A stretch of DNA of 64,000 nucleotides, taken from the NCBI RefSeq assembly GCF_006345805.1, contig NC_043011.1:11346001-11410000 (forward strand). Reading direction: 5' to 3'. The notes under the pieces were generated by a model. It had not been told where the DNA came from and did not search any database. It was given only the letters and a program-made list of their open reading frames with translations. This DNA comes from Octopus sinensis (Eukaryota). This document shows, piece after piece, positions 51,600 through 63,440 of the stretch; the first letter of the stretch is position 1; each line of letters opens with the position of its first letter. A program made the position numbers and the translations under genes.

Positions 51600-51960
51600 T
51601 AGTCAAGAAATTCGCTCCCAACGATGAGGTTTCGGATTCAGTCTCATTCTGTGACTCGTCAGGCAAGTGTCTTCTATTATGGCCTCGGGTCGACTAAAGC
51701 ACTGCGAGTGAATCTGGTTGAGAGGAACTGAAAGAAATCCACTGTACGTATTTGTGTGTAATGACGTGCGTGTATGTATGTGTGTGTGTGTCTGTGTTAC
51801 GCATGTTTGTTTATGCCCCATGACTTCACAGCTCGACAAATAGAATCGATAAAATAAGTAAAAAAAAATTTAGAATACAAGTACTGAAATCGATGATTCA
51901 CGAAAGCCTTGAATGCGGTGCTCCAGTTTGGGCGATGAAAGAAATCAGTAAAAAAGTTTA
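51600..51960 (+). mobile_element. Degenerate SINE family B copy
   Basis: ggcaagtgtcttctattatggcctcgggtcgactaaagc...gaactgaaagaa...gcggtgctccag. Confidence 0.6.
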
Positions 51961-52104
51961 AAAAAAACATCCACAACAAACATAAAAGTAAAGAAAACAA
52001 AACAACGCTCGAACCCACTTAAAGTATCCATGGTTACTGCATTTGGCCAAAGAGGCAAAAAGAGAACTTGTCAACAACTATGTGAGGCCAACCATGGACT
52101 ATCT

Positions 52105-52525
52105 GGGATCTTTTCGGTTTGAACGGCAGTTTTTTCTAGCGGTGTCATATGAAATTGTCACCCATAATTATGACCCTAGTATCGATCTATTGCATTTCAA
52201 TCTGTTTTAGGGTTAGGATTAGGGGTGGGGGGAAGGGTATCTTTTTTTCTTCACAAATGTAAATAAACCCAATCTGTTTCTTAAACGAGGGACATATTCA
52301 TATGGCACAGAATGTTGTTTACCTCAATGTACGTCAGTGATTGGTTGAAATTGCAGAAATTGAAGAAAAAGAAAATAACAAATATCTTACAAACAATAGA
52401 ATTTTCTCAATAAAGCCAAGAGAAAAAGATGTTTTATAAACACATTCTACCAATATACGAAGTTTAAAATTTTTTAGTTACCTAGAAATTATGTTAAAAA
52501 CTGCCGTTCAAACCGAAAAGATCCG
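52105..52525 (+). mobile_element. MITE copy 1 (TIR GGATCTTTTCGGTTTGAACGGCAG)
   Basis: TIR of about 25 bp at both ends. Confidence 0.85.
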
Positions 52526-52715
52526 AAATGAATTTTCATGTAGAGGTGGGGGGTCAAAGTTTGCAACGGTGAAAACGTCTGGCTTTCGAATGTCAAAGTT
52601 ATCTTTCACTTTCAATATTTTCCCTTTGTGTACGTGCGCAACATGATGCGTAAATCACTGTTTTTGTGGTTTAGTATGGTTCGTTTTGTAGAGGTGCAGT
52701 TAGAACTAACATAGT

Positions 52716-53133
52716 CGGATCTTTTCGGTTTGAACGGCAGTTTTTAACACAATTTCTATGTAACTAAAAAATTTTAAACTTCGTATACTGGTAGAATGTG
52801 TTTATAAAACATCTTTTTCTCTTGGCTTTATTGAGAAAATTCTATAGTTTGTAAGATATTTGTTGTTTTTATTCTTCAATTTCTGCAATTTCAACCAATC
52901 AATGACGTCCATTGAGGTAAACAACATTCTGTGCCGTATGAATATGTCCCTCGTTTAAGAAACAGATTGGGTTTATTTACATTTCTGAAGAAAAAAAGAT
53001 ACCCTCCCCCCACCCCTAATCCTAACCCTAAAACAGATTGAAATGCAATAGATCGATACTAGGGTCATAATTATGGGAGACAATTTCATATGACGCCGCT
53101 AGAAAAAACTGCCGTTCAAACCGAAAAGATCCC
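52716..53133 (-). mobile_element. MITE copy 2, same family, opposite orientation
   Basis: Same TIRs. The interior is the reverse complement of 52105-52525. Confidence 0.85.
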
Positions 53134-53519
53134 ACATATAACACACGAGACTCCGAACAGTATTATGTTACCTTTCCCACTCAGTACAAACATAGAAAAA
53201 AAACAGACAGAAACAGCTGCAATATCAATATACACATTAGCCATAAACACTATGCTGGGATGCACACCACCAATAGTAAGTGCAGGGAACAGCAACTTTC
53301 GTGTTCTGAACGAAACCATCTTGCTCACCTCCACTAACTACTAGCGAAATAATATATAAGAGACTTTCATACAAGTCTTCAATGCATGTCAAAGTGTGCC
53401 GTACGGTTCTGGAAAAACAGTGCTGTGGGAGATAGGTAGTGTAAATGGATTTCACAATGTGGTTGTGACTTCTATGGCTTGATGTTGATTTTAATATGAG
53501 GATGGTTTAGCAATACAGT

Positions 53520-54125
53520 TGTTATTATTATTATGGCTTGGCTTCGCGAACGAAGATCAGGAAGGCTGTCCACGTCGCGTGCATGCACGCTCATGACTGA
53601 TAAGTCCGATATGGGAAAGGCAGGTCCGTGAGCAGTGTCCACAGACAAAGTTAACATCCGGTGTGGTGTCAGAGGCGGTTCGCGCCTTCCTCCTGCGTCT
53701 CTTGCCTTTAAGTGTGTCTCTTCTTTGTTCCTCAAACTTGCTGACTGCGTTGAAGATCGTGTGGCGCCAGACATCACGGTCCGCAGCCAGGTCTGACCAG
53801 CATTGGTGGTTAATATGACATGCTGTTTGAGACTTCTTGGAGGCAGTCTTTGTAGCGCTTCCTCGGAGCTCCTCTCACTCGGTGACCGGTGGAGAGTTCG
53901 CAAAACAGGGCAATCTTTGGAAGGCGATGGTTCTCCATTCTGGAGACATGCCCTGCCCATCGGAGGTGGTACTTCAGTAGCGTGGCTTCAATGCTGGGGA
54001 TATCGGCCCGCTCCAAGACCTCAATGTTCGTGACGAAGTCACTCCAGTGAATGTTGAGGATGGTGCGGAGACATCGCTGGTGGAAGCGCTCGAGGAGACG
54101 GATGTGACTGCGGTAAGTGATCCAG
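53520..54125 (-). mobile_element. RTE LINE 3' fragment with (AAT)n tail
   Basis: ORF 53810-54016 contains HLRWAGHVSRMENHRLPKIALFCEL...GAPRKRYKD. Confidence 0.85.
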
Positions 54126-54534
54126 TTGTTATAGAGACCTGTTAATAGTCATAATGGTTTGTGATGCGCAACTGCTTTTCACCCGTACATGACAGTGAAT
54201 AACAATTGCCAACGATGGTGACAGAGGAAGTGATAGAGGCCATAGCGAATAGAAATCGACGTTTTGGTTAGTTGTTTACTGTGCCAATATCGGAAAATAA
54301 TGGTAGCAGCGGCTAAAACAGTAACTGCAAATGTATCAAGCATGTTTCTCACATTAACATAATCGGAAATTTGTAAGAGACATCTGTAATCGATTCAATC
54401 AATTCTTGTACAAGCCTGGTGCACATTTCGGTTTCAGAGATATGAAAGACAACGTCGACTCAAGCAGGATTTCGATGACCGAAACTGACTATTATGTAAC
54501 ATTTCTTCTACTCCACTATTTTCACAAATATAAA

Positions 54535-55385
54535 TAAAAATCCTTTCTAACATAAACACAAGGCCTAAAAGTTTATGGTAGCGGGCTAGTCGATTACATC
54601 GACCCCAGTGTTCGACTGGTACTTATTTTGTCGACCCCGAAAGGCAAAATCGACCTCGGTGGAATTTGAACTCAGAACGTAAAACCAGAAAAAATACCGC
54701 GAACTATTTTTTTGCCGGCGTGCTAACGTTTCTTATTTCTTTACTGCCCACAAGGGGCTAAGCACAGAGGGGACAAACAAGGACAAACAAACGGATTAAG
54801 TCGATTATATCGACCCCAATGCGTAACTGGTACTTATTTAATCGACCCCGAAAGGATGAAAGGCAAAGTCAACCTCAGCGGAATTTGAACTCAGAATGTA
54901 GCGGCAGACGAAATACCGCTTGGTATTTCGCCCGGCGTGCTAACGTTTCTGCCAGCTCACCACCTTACAAATATCAATAATAATAATGATTTCAAATTTT
55001 GACACAAGCCCAGCTGTTTTGACGGAGGGAGTATGTCAATTACATCGACCCAGTGTTCAACTGGTACTTATTTTATCGACCCCGAAAGGATGAAAGGCAA
55101 CGTCGACCCCCAGCGGAATTCGAACTCAGAACGTAAATACGAACGAAATGCTGCTAAGCATTTTGCCCGGCGCGCTAACGATCCGGTCAGCTCGCCACCT
55201 TACAAATAACAATCATAATAATCCTTTCTACTATAGGTACAAGGCCTGAAGTTTGTTGGGAGGGGATTAATCGATTACATCGACCCCAGATTTTCACTGG
55301 TACTTAATTTATCGACCCCGAAAGGATAAAAGGCAAAGGTGACCTCGGCGGAATTTGAACTCTGAACGTAAAGACAGACGAATAT
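54535..55385 (-). mobile_element. Head-to-tail array of four SINE family A copies
   Basis: The core ctggtactt...atcgaccccgaaagg...ggaatttgaactcagaacgta repeats at about 54615, 54830, 55060 and 55300. Confidence 0.85.
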
Positions 55386-55955
55386 CTCAATCATGATAAT
55401 GTCTATACTTAAAGGTGGAGAGAGATTAAAGACGAGCGCTGGACAGAATGCCTTGTTTAATTTGGTTGCGTACCATTACATTCTGAGCTCAAATCAATCC
55501 ACCATGTTTTTAATCCAGCAGATCATTTCCTCGGTGTAGATAAAATAAATCATTCAAGTATAAGGGAAGGCTTAAATCATAATACACTCCCTATGATAAT
55601 TGTGGCGGTGTGTCTTGAAAAATAATGTGTGTGTATGTGCATACGCGTGTGTGTGCGCGAGTGCGCGTGTGTACTTATATGCATAAGGTAAATAATGGAA
55701 AGTATCAAAGTATTTACCATGATTATTTGACGTCAACTCATGAAGAAAGATTTATCAGACCACATCATAATGTTTTTCCCATTGTCACCGACAAAAACTG
55801 ATTGGTACAGAGCAGAGATACGTTTCAGTCTTACTTCGACTTGGAATCGCCTTCGTGTTCAAAGAATTTCTTGAGAATTATCGAGTTTTTGTTTGTTTTC
55901 TTTTTACCAGATTTTAAAATTCAAAATTTTATATGAGGATAAGAAAAGCTTTACA

Positions 55956-55957
<2 letters not shown>

Positions 55958-56051
<94 letters not shown>

Positions 56052-56085
56052 GTCTGTCTATCTATCTATCTGTCGGTCTGTCTGG
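55958..56085. repeat. (CTAT)n microsatellite
   Basis: Directly visible. Confidence 0.95.
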
Positions 56086-56329
56086 TTGTCTGTCGCCGCC
56101 TGTTAATGTGTACGTGTATGCGTTAGCGTATGTATAAGTGTCAATGTGTGCGCGCACGCGCGCGTGTGCGTCTCTTTAAATGATATATCTTACATATAAC
56201 AAAACGCAATAGGAGTGAGTGACAGTAAGAGACGCTAAACGCAGGTGAACTATCATGTCACGTTTTACTCCGAAGTAGCTGGTATTTTCATGGAAATGAA
56301 AATGCAAATTTTTATCGTTAATTATACCA

Positions 56330-56695
56330 GAAGAGAATTAATGCATTCGAGCTTTGGTGTTGGAGAAGACTTTTGCGGATTCCATGGACAGCGAGGCTCA
56401 CCAATGGAGAAGTTCTTAAGCAGATAAGGTCGAAAATGTCGCTGGAAGCTAGGATCACCAAGCATAGATTGGCATGTTTCGGTCATATTATGCGGAGAAA
56501 ATCCCTGGAGAAGGACATCATGCTCGGAATGGTCAGTGGCAAGAGAGGAAGAGGCCGACCAAGAACCCGCTGGCTTGACACCATCAAGAGTGATACCGGA
56601 ATGGACATAGCCAATCTGAAAGAAGCGGCCCAGGATAGAACTGACTGGAAGACACTGATCCAACGAGTACACGAGAGTCGACTGCGACTGAGATA
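56330..56695 (+). mobile_element. RTE (BovB-like) RT C-terminal fragment
   Basis: Contains RIPWTARLTNGEVL...FGHIMRRKSLEKDIMLGMVSGKRGRGRPRTRWLD. Confidence 0.85.
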
Positions 56696-57004
56696 TCTAA
56701 TTTATCAAATGCCCACCCGCCCTTATCGTTCACGTCAAATTTATAAATTATATATATATATAGGCATACCTATACAAGTGTCCCCCTCCACCGACTTTGT
56801 TTCCTCATGATTTTCAGAAAAATGGATTTTACGCTTCAGGTGGCGTAGATTCCGATTATATTGGAATTTGTAGTGAAAAAGTATTTTTTCATGAGTGGGG
56901 AGGGGGGTTTTGGAAAATTTACACAAGCCAATTTTGTTTCCCCATAAAAAGAGTATTTTTAATGAAATTTTCAACAAATAGAAGCAATAATAATAATAAT
57001 AATA

Positions 57005-57236
57005 ATATTCTTTACTACCCACAAGGGACTAAACACAGAGGGGACAAACAAGGACAGACAAACGGATTAAGTCGATTACATCGACCCCAGTGCGTAACTG
57101 GTACTTAATTTATCGACCCCGAAAGGATGAAAGGCAAAGTCGACCTCGGCAGGATTTGAACTCAGAATGTAACGGCAGACGAAATACGGCAACGCATTTC
57201 GCCCGGCGTGCTAACGTTTCTGCCAGCTCGCCGCCC

Positions 57237-57298
<62 letters not shown>

Positions 57299-57491
57299 GT
57301 TTCAAATTTTTCCACAGGGACAGCAAGGGGATGAGCCGATTACATCCACCCCAGCGTTCAACTGGTACTTATTTCATCGACCCCGAAAGGCAAAGTCGAC
57401 CTCGGTGGAATTTGAACTCAGAACGTAGCGACGGGCGAACTACCGCTAAGCATTTTGTCCGGCATGCTAACGATTCTGCCAGCTCGACGCC

Positions 57492-57493
<2 letters not shown>
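57005..57493 (-). mobile_element. Two SINE family A copies separated and flanked by (AAT)n
   Basis: SINE A cores at 57005-57237 and 57300-57493, with (AAT)n at ~56985, 57238-57297 and 57494-57529. Confidence 0.85.
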
Positions 57494-57529
<36 letters not shown>

Positions 57530-57813
57530 CAATTCTTTTTTATTGGCCACAAGGGCTGACACGCATGATTACATAAAGGGACAAGACAGGACGAAAGGTT
57601 ACAAAGGGTTTTGCCGTTTTTTTTTTTAAAACATCGAGTAAAAATCTTTATAACAACTTATAAAATTCAACAATGAAAAACTCCCAAAGGGGGAGACGTC
57701 TCGAAAGGTTCCTGTGGAAAAAACCCTACAAAAGCCAACGGGAGCCTGGTCAAAAAAAGGGGGTGTAGGAGAGTCCCCTTTCTTCTCCTTTTACATTACC
57801 TTTTTCTTTGAAA

Positions 57814-60800
57814 TCACAGGCGAAACCTGAGAACTGGTCCATTTATACAGGCCAGTCTCGCACAATTCACCCACCTTTCATAAAACTTGCTATCGGACAG
57901 CACTTTCCTCTCTAACCTCATCTTCCTTTTCAAGTGAAACTTGAAAAAGTTGATGAGGCCTTGACCAAAGAGGAAAGTGTCTGACTTTAGCCCTTTCAAA
58001 CGAGTCCACCACACGACCTCTTTCGCCACAGCCACTAGGCACAAGAAAACGGCCTCGCCCTCCTTGTTAAAGGAGGTCGGCGGGGCAATCTTCACTATGG
58101 ATTCGGCCGATAGTCGGATCCGTCCTACACGTGACAGTAGCTGTTCGACATAAACCCATATTTCAGCAATACTCGGGCACTGGACGAGTGCGTGCAGAAC
58201 GGTTTCGTCGTCGTCCTGGCAACACCTCGGGCAGGCCCGGCTGACGGCACTTCCGTGCCGGTAGAGTTTATCTCGAACAGGCAGAGCCCCTCGGTAGCAC
58301 TGCCAGGCGAGAGACCTCTGGAAATTATCCATCGGCCCCGGCCCGAAAGTCCTCCCGAACAGACCGCTCAGTTCGTCGTCTTCAACGCCTAGAGTTTCCC
58401 GAGAACGTCGTCGCATTTTTCCTCTCACTACCCTCTATAGAACGCTAGAGTGGAGCTGTAACCGACCGCATTGCCCGCCTGGTGGAGGGCGGAGAGGGCT
58501 TGACGGCACTCGAGGTGCCAAGCGCCCTTTCTCGGTCTACGTTTGATCCAGGTCTGCAGCTCCGTCAAAGAGACGAGCTGCGGAAAATCGCGTCTGACAA
58601 AACGACCACACCTGTTCACCGTCTAGGAAGCGCTTGAGATGCCGCAGCCTGAGCGCATGTCTGCGCAACAGCAACCACGGAATTCCAGGCCTCCGTTCAG
58701 CGGTCGTTGACAGCAGATGGATCGCCTGACCAGTGGCACCTGACCCTTCCACAAAAGTCGAAGAGCAGGCGTACCAGCTTGGCCAACCAGCGTCGGGACA
58801 AGGGACGACGGTCAAGCGGTAACAGATGACGGATGCGATGTACGCATTCGCCACCTCCGCTCGACCTTTCAGGGACAGCTTCCTCTCGGTCCATTTCTGG
58901 GTGAGACGTGCCACCCTGCTCGTCACCTCTTCCCAGTTCTTATCCACCTGAGGTCCGGACCGAACCAGACCCCGAGCAGTTTAACGGGTCCGTCTGTCCA
59001 GCGCCCTACGACGCTGTTGGACGGCATGGGCTTGCCTCTCCAGGTGCCCAGTTGCAAGCCCACAGACTTTTCCGCGTTAATCTTTGCCCCTGTCACCGCT
59101 TCGTACTGGTTTAGCGTCTCGCCAATCAGGCCAATGTGCCTGTGGATCGACACCACCACGGTGACGTCGTGTCGGCATAAGCAGACACGCTGTTTCCGCC
59201 TCCTAGATCGTGCGGGATGCCCCTCAAAGCCTCCAACTTGCGCAGTAATGGCTCGAGAGTCAAAATGTACAAGAGGGAGGAGAGAGGGCATCCTTGGCGG
59301 ACCGAACGCGAGATGTCGAACGGTTCCGAAGGTGACCGTTCACCCGTATCACCGAGCAGATGTTGCTGTATAAAGCAGCGATCCACCCGCGGAAGACTGG
59401 ACCGAAGCCGGCTGCCTTGAGGACAGCTGCCAGGTACCGATGGTCGACCCTATCGAAGGCTTTACTCTGATCCAAGTTGATCAAAGCCCCACCCAGCGTC
59501 GTTACCCCCACCCTCTCTATGATGTAGCGCATGAGATGGAGGTTGTCGTGTATCGACCTGGTCGGCACGGCGCATGTCTGCGTCCCGCCGACCAGCTTGT
59601 CCACGACAAGCGCCAATCTCTTGGCTAGCACCTTGGCCAAATCTTCAACTCTGCATTGAGCAGAGTGATGGGCCGGAAATTCCTATAACGTCCCCCTTGT
59701 TTGGGTCCTTCTTTAGCAAAGCCACCACCCCTCGACAGACAAAAGCAGGAATTCTCCCGTTTTGCTGCCAGTTGCAGTAGACGTTTGCCAACAGGTCCGC
59801 AAACAAGTCTGGCATTGAAAAGTAAAGCTCGTAGGGCAGACCATCCAAACCCGGCGATCTACCTCTCGTGCAACTCTTCATCGCTTCCTGTACTTCCCAG
59901 GCAGATATCGGTCCTTCGCAGCACTCTGCCTCGCTGTCCGAGAGTTGCGGCAGTCCGTCCAGGTACACACCGAAGTCTGTACCGTTGGTGTCCGTTCCAC
60001 CGTTCGTCCCAAACAGTTGAGCAAAGTGCCGCTGAAGCACCGTACACATCTGCTTCGGTTGGGTAACCTCGCGCCCGTTCTGGTCCACCAAAGACCGAAT
60101 GGTTGCTCTGTTGCCTCGCTTCGCCTCCGCCACGCGGGCCCATCGAGCGGCTCTAGTCCCCTCCCCGCTTAGCGAACGTGCCTTAGCTCTGACAACGCAG
60201 CCTTCGTGTTTGGCGTCGAAGTGTTGGTCGAGGGCCAACCTTGCCGCCAACACGTCGGTCGCGATGCCAGTGTCAAGAGCCTCGTCTAGTTTCTTAACTA
60301 AATCCCGCTCTCTCTTCCTACGTTCAATAGCTAGAGTCTTACTATACCTAATCGACTCTACTCTAATTGTTCTCTTGAGGGCAAACCACCAGTTGTTGTT
60401 GATGATTGCCCCCGTGAGCGCCCGCTTAACTAGTAAACTAATCCGGTCTCTGTAAGCTTTGCACGCCGTTAACGACGCGTTCAGCTTCCAGTAGCCGGGT
60501 CCCTGTCTATGTAGCCTATCTAAGTCGACCGTACAGATCACTAATTTGTGGTCCGTATATTCGACTAGGTGGAATTGTGGACACCCTACGCTGTCCTTAT
60601 CCGCTGGCCTACAAAACACTCTATCTAAGTACGATCTAGACGACCCGATGCGGTTTGTCCAAGTCCACATTGGCACATTCGGGTTGTCTTGTCGAAACCT
60701 GTCGGACAGCTGAAAGCGGCCGAGTAGGTTGGCGAGGCTCTTGCACCCTCCCCCTCTCCTATCAGACGCTCCCCTGCCCACCCGATCGAAACGTTCGTCT

Positions 60801-61240
60801 AAGACAGCGTTCCAATCCCCAACTAGTACTAGAGTGCGTGACGTTCCCAGGAAAACTTCCAGACGTTTGAAATAATCCGACTGCCCTGCTCCTGTCGGAG
60901 CGTAGGCAGCCAGCAGTCTGAAAGCACCGCCGTCACTACCGTCCACGTCGAGGACCACCAACTTACCTTCCGGATCCAAGAAGACTGTCCTTATTTTCAG
61001 GTCCAGGCCCTTCCGAAACAACACCGCAGTACCACCACCGCCCGCTCCCGGCCGACACGGAGATAGAAATATCTCGTATCCGCCGAAAAGGGCTGCGAGT
61101 TCCTGCGGATCGGAGAGCCTGGTTTCACTGATGGCTGCTACATCCACATCATGAAACCTCAGGTCGTTTAACAGGTGACCCTGTTTCCAAGGTGACCCGA
61201 GGCCTCTCACATTCAAGCAACCGATTCTAAGATTTGCCAT
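57814..61240 (-). pseudogene. Tx1 ORF2 (APE endonuclease + reverse transcriptase), split by several frameshifts
   Basis: Consecutive ORF-track pieces 59645-61240, 59260-59640, 59126-59386, 58923-59291, 58537-58947, 58428-58619 and 57814-58428 each carry part of the ORF2 motif series. Confidence 0.88.
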
Positions 61241-61280
61241 GTTTCAAAAGTTAGAGGAAAAAAAAAGGAGAAAAAAGGCT

Positions 61281-62101
61281 CTACTTACTGTTGTTGGTGG
61301 TGGGGGTGGCTCCCTTGTGCTTTTGCACGGGTGCTTCAATAATATTTTTGTAAAGTTTCTGAGAGAAACTTTTCCCTAACGATCCCACATCGTTAGGGAA
61401 TATTTGTTTTATTTCGTTGTAAACTGTTTTGTTTATTTTTATTGTGAGAATGTGTGCTGGTGGTGTGTTGTGTGTAGGTATTATGAAATCTGTAATGTTT
61501 GTGCTTGTTTTGTTTTTCAAATACTCAACCAGTTCCTGGTTTCTTGTATTCACTGCTGTAATCGTGTCTGTAATTGTGTCTGTGTTTGTTTGTGTCTGTG
61601 GTAGTGGCAGTAGTGGTGTCGAAAGTGTTGTTGTTGTTGTTGTTGTTGTGAGTGTGTGTTGTTGTTGATGTTGTTGTGATGTTGGGAAGTACTGTTTGTT
61701 CGTGCTTCCCCTGTAAATCTTTTTGTTTTTTCCTCCTTTTCTTTTTTGGAGGTACTATGTTCCATTCTCCTTTGTTGGAATCAGAGCTCGCACAATCCGA
61801 GATCTCTTCATCCGGCAAAGGAATGGTTGAGGGGTCTGCTTCAGTAGCAGGACGAAAAGTTTTTGGTTCCGCCGGTATCGGTGGTGCCGCTGCTCCTGTT
61901 ACTGTTGATGTCGCTGCTGTCGACCTTCGAGGTACTGGTGTCGGTGTTGGTTTGCTGGTGGTTGTCGGTGTTGGTTTGGTGGTGGTTGTTGTTGTTGGAG
62001 GTGGTGTTGTTCGTCTTGGTGCTGGTGTTGGTGATGGTGTTGGTGGTGTGGCAGCCTTTGGTGTTTCTTGCTGTTTTTGTTGTTTCTGTTGTTGTTGCTT
62101 G

Positions 62102-62135
<34 letters not shown>

Positions 62136-63140
62136 GCTGCTGCCTCTTGCTGAAAGCCTCCATCCTCTTTTTGTGAATGGGACAGTCCCTCTTTAAGTGG
62201 CTTTCGCTGCTGCAGAGAAAACATTTTGGCTTTCGCCCCTCCACAGCAACGTTTAGCCTGGTGCCGTCCGGCAAACTTACGAAATCAGGGACTTTACTTA
62301 TATTCTCTTGCTGAATTTGCGCAAGAAGCAGCACTCCCATCCCCAACCAGTTTTTCGCCCTCACTCTCCTGACATCTAGAATGGTGGTAGTGTCCTCTAT
62401 ATCATAAAGGACAGCTGCCACCAGCCATGACATATCTAGCTCAGGGGGGACGAGGTCGATTTTTATTTTTGTTACTCTTCGCCCGAGGTGGGTCGGAACT
62501 AGTAACAAATTCTCAGTTTGCAAGGGTGAAATGGCGTTCGCCCTTGCAAGCTCCTCTGTTGGGAAGCGAACCTCCACGGTTCCAAAACGCTTCCCCTTGG
62601 TTACGTAGCTCTTTTGGGCCCAAATGGGCTTTAGAGCTATCTCCAACTGTTGGGGTGTGGCATTTGTTATTCTTTTTAGTTTTCTATTGTTTTCTTGTTG
62701 GTGCTTTCAATCACCTCTTGTGGAGTATTGAGGAAGATACCATTGCCATCCTTCCTTAACAATTCCTTCGCTCTTTTCACATCTTCTAGAGTTATCTTAA
62801 CTTCCTCCGAAATTTGCTTCGCAGCAGAAGCAAAATTGTTGGAAGTTTTTTCTTTTTTCTCCGTGTCAATGTTTGTGATGATTTTTGTAATTGTTTTTTC
62901 TTCCTCCTCCTTCCGTACCAAAGCATTGGGTGAAGGCAGAGGGGGAAAATCGAGAATTACGTCGAACGCGACGTCCTGGCTTGCATTCTCCTTTTGAACC
63001 GAGCTCGTGCTCTGCGGTTCGGAAGGAGAATCTTTGTTGCCTTTTAAGGCGTGAAGTGGGTGTTTTGTACGAGTTGTGTGTGTTTGCGGAAGGAATGTAT
63101 CTTGAAGGAAGGAACAGCCAACTGTTCGCTTCATAGCCAT
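61281..63140 (-). pseudogene. Tx1 ORF1 (RRM-like region + zinc knuckle + Q/P/T-rich tail), frameshifted
   Basis: 62676-63140 and 61525-62646 can be joined by one frameshift in an A-rich run near 62690. The CCHC knuckle is present. Confidence 0.75.
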
Positions 63141-63371
63141 GTTTTTTTTGTTGTAATATTCAAAATGTTGAAAAATGTCAAATGTTCAAAATTTTCAAAC
63201 GTAATTTCACCCCGAATGGGGCAAAATTTCGCCCAACCGACGAGCTCCGCAAGAAGCCGGTCGGTTTGGCTACAAAAATATTAAAAAATATTCAAACTTA
63301 TTAAAAAATTTCCAATAAAATTGGCACAAAACTCACAGAGCTGATTCACGTACGTCCATCGGCGTCGGAAG

Positions 63372-63439
<68 letters not shown>

Positions 63440-63440
<1 letters not shown>

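Larger units (their letters stand above)
57530..63372 (-). mobile_element. Near-full-length L1/Tx1-clade LINE flanked by (AAT)n on both sides
   Basis: It has a 5' UTR and ORF1 with a CCHC knuckle (CFLCSSESHLKRDC). ORF2 has APE (IGCLNVRGL, SETRL, GDWN, SYLDR, TDH), RT (SPGLDGL, DQSKAFDRV, QGCPLS, SAYAD) and a C-terminal CPRC...ETVLHALVQC. The 3' UTR has AATAAA. Confidence 0.93.

Noticed and set aside
54535-57493. Regularly recurring conserved ~30-nt motifs resembling a CRISPR-like array
   Set aside because: The units are whole diverged SINE copies in a eukaryotic context, with no unique equal-length spacers and no cas genes.
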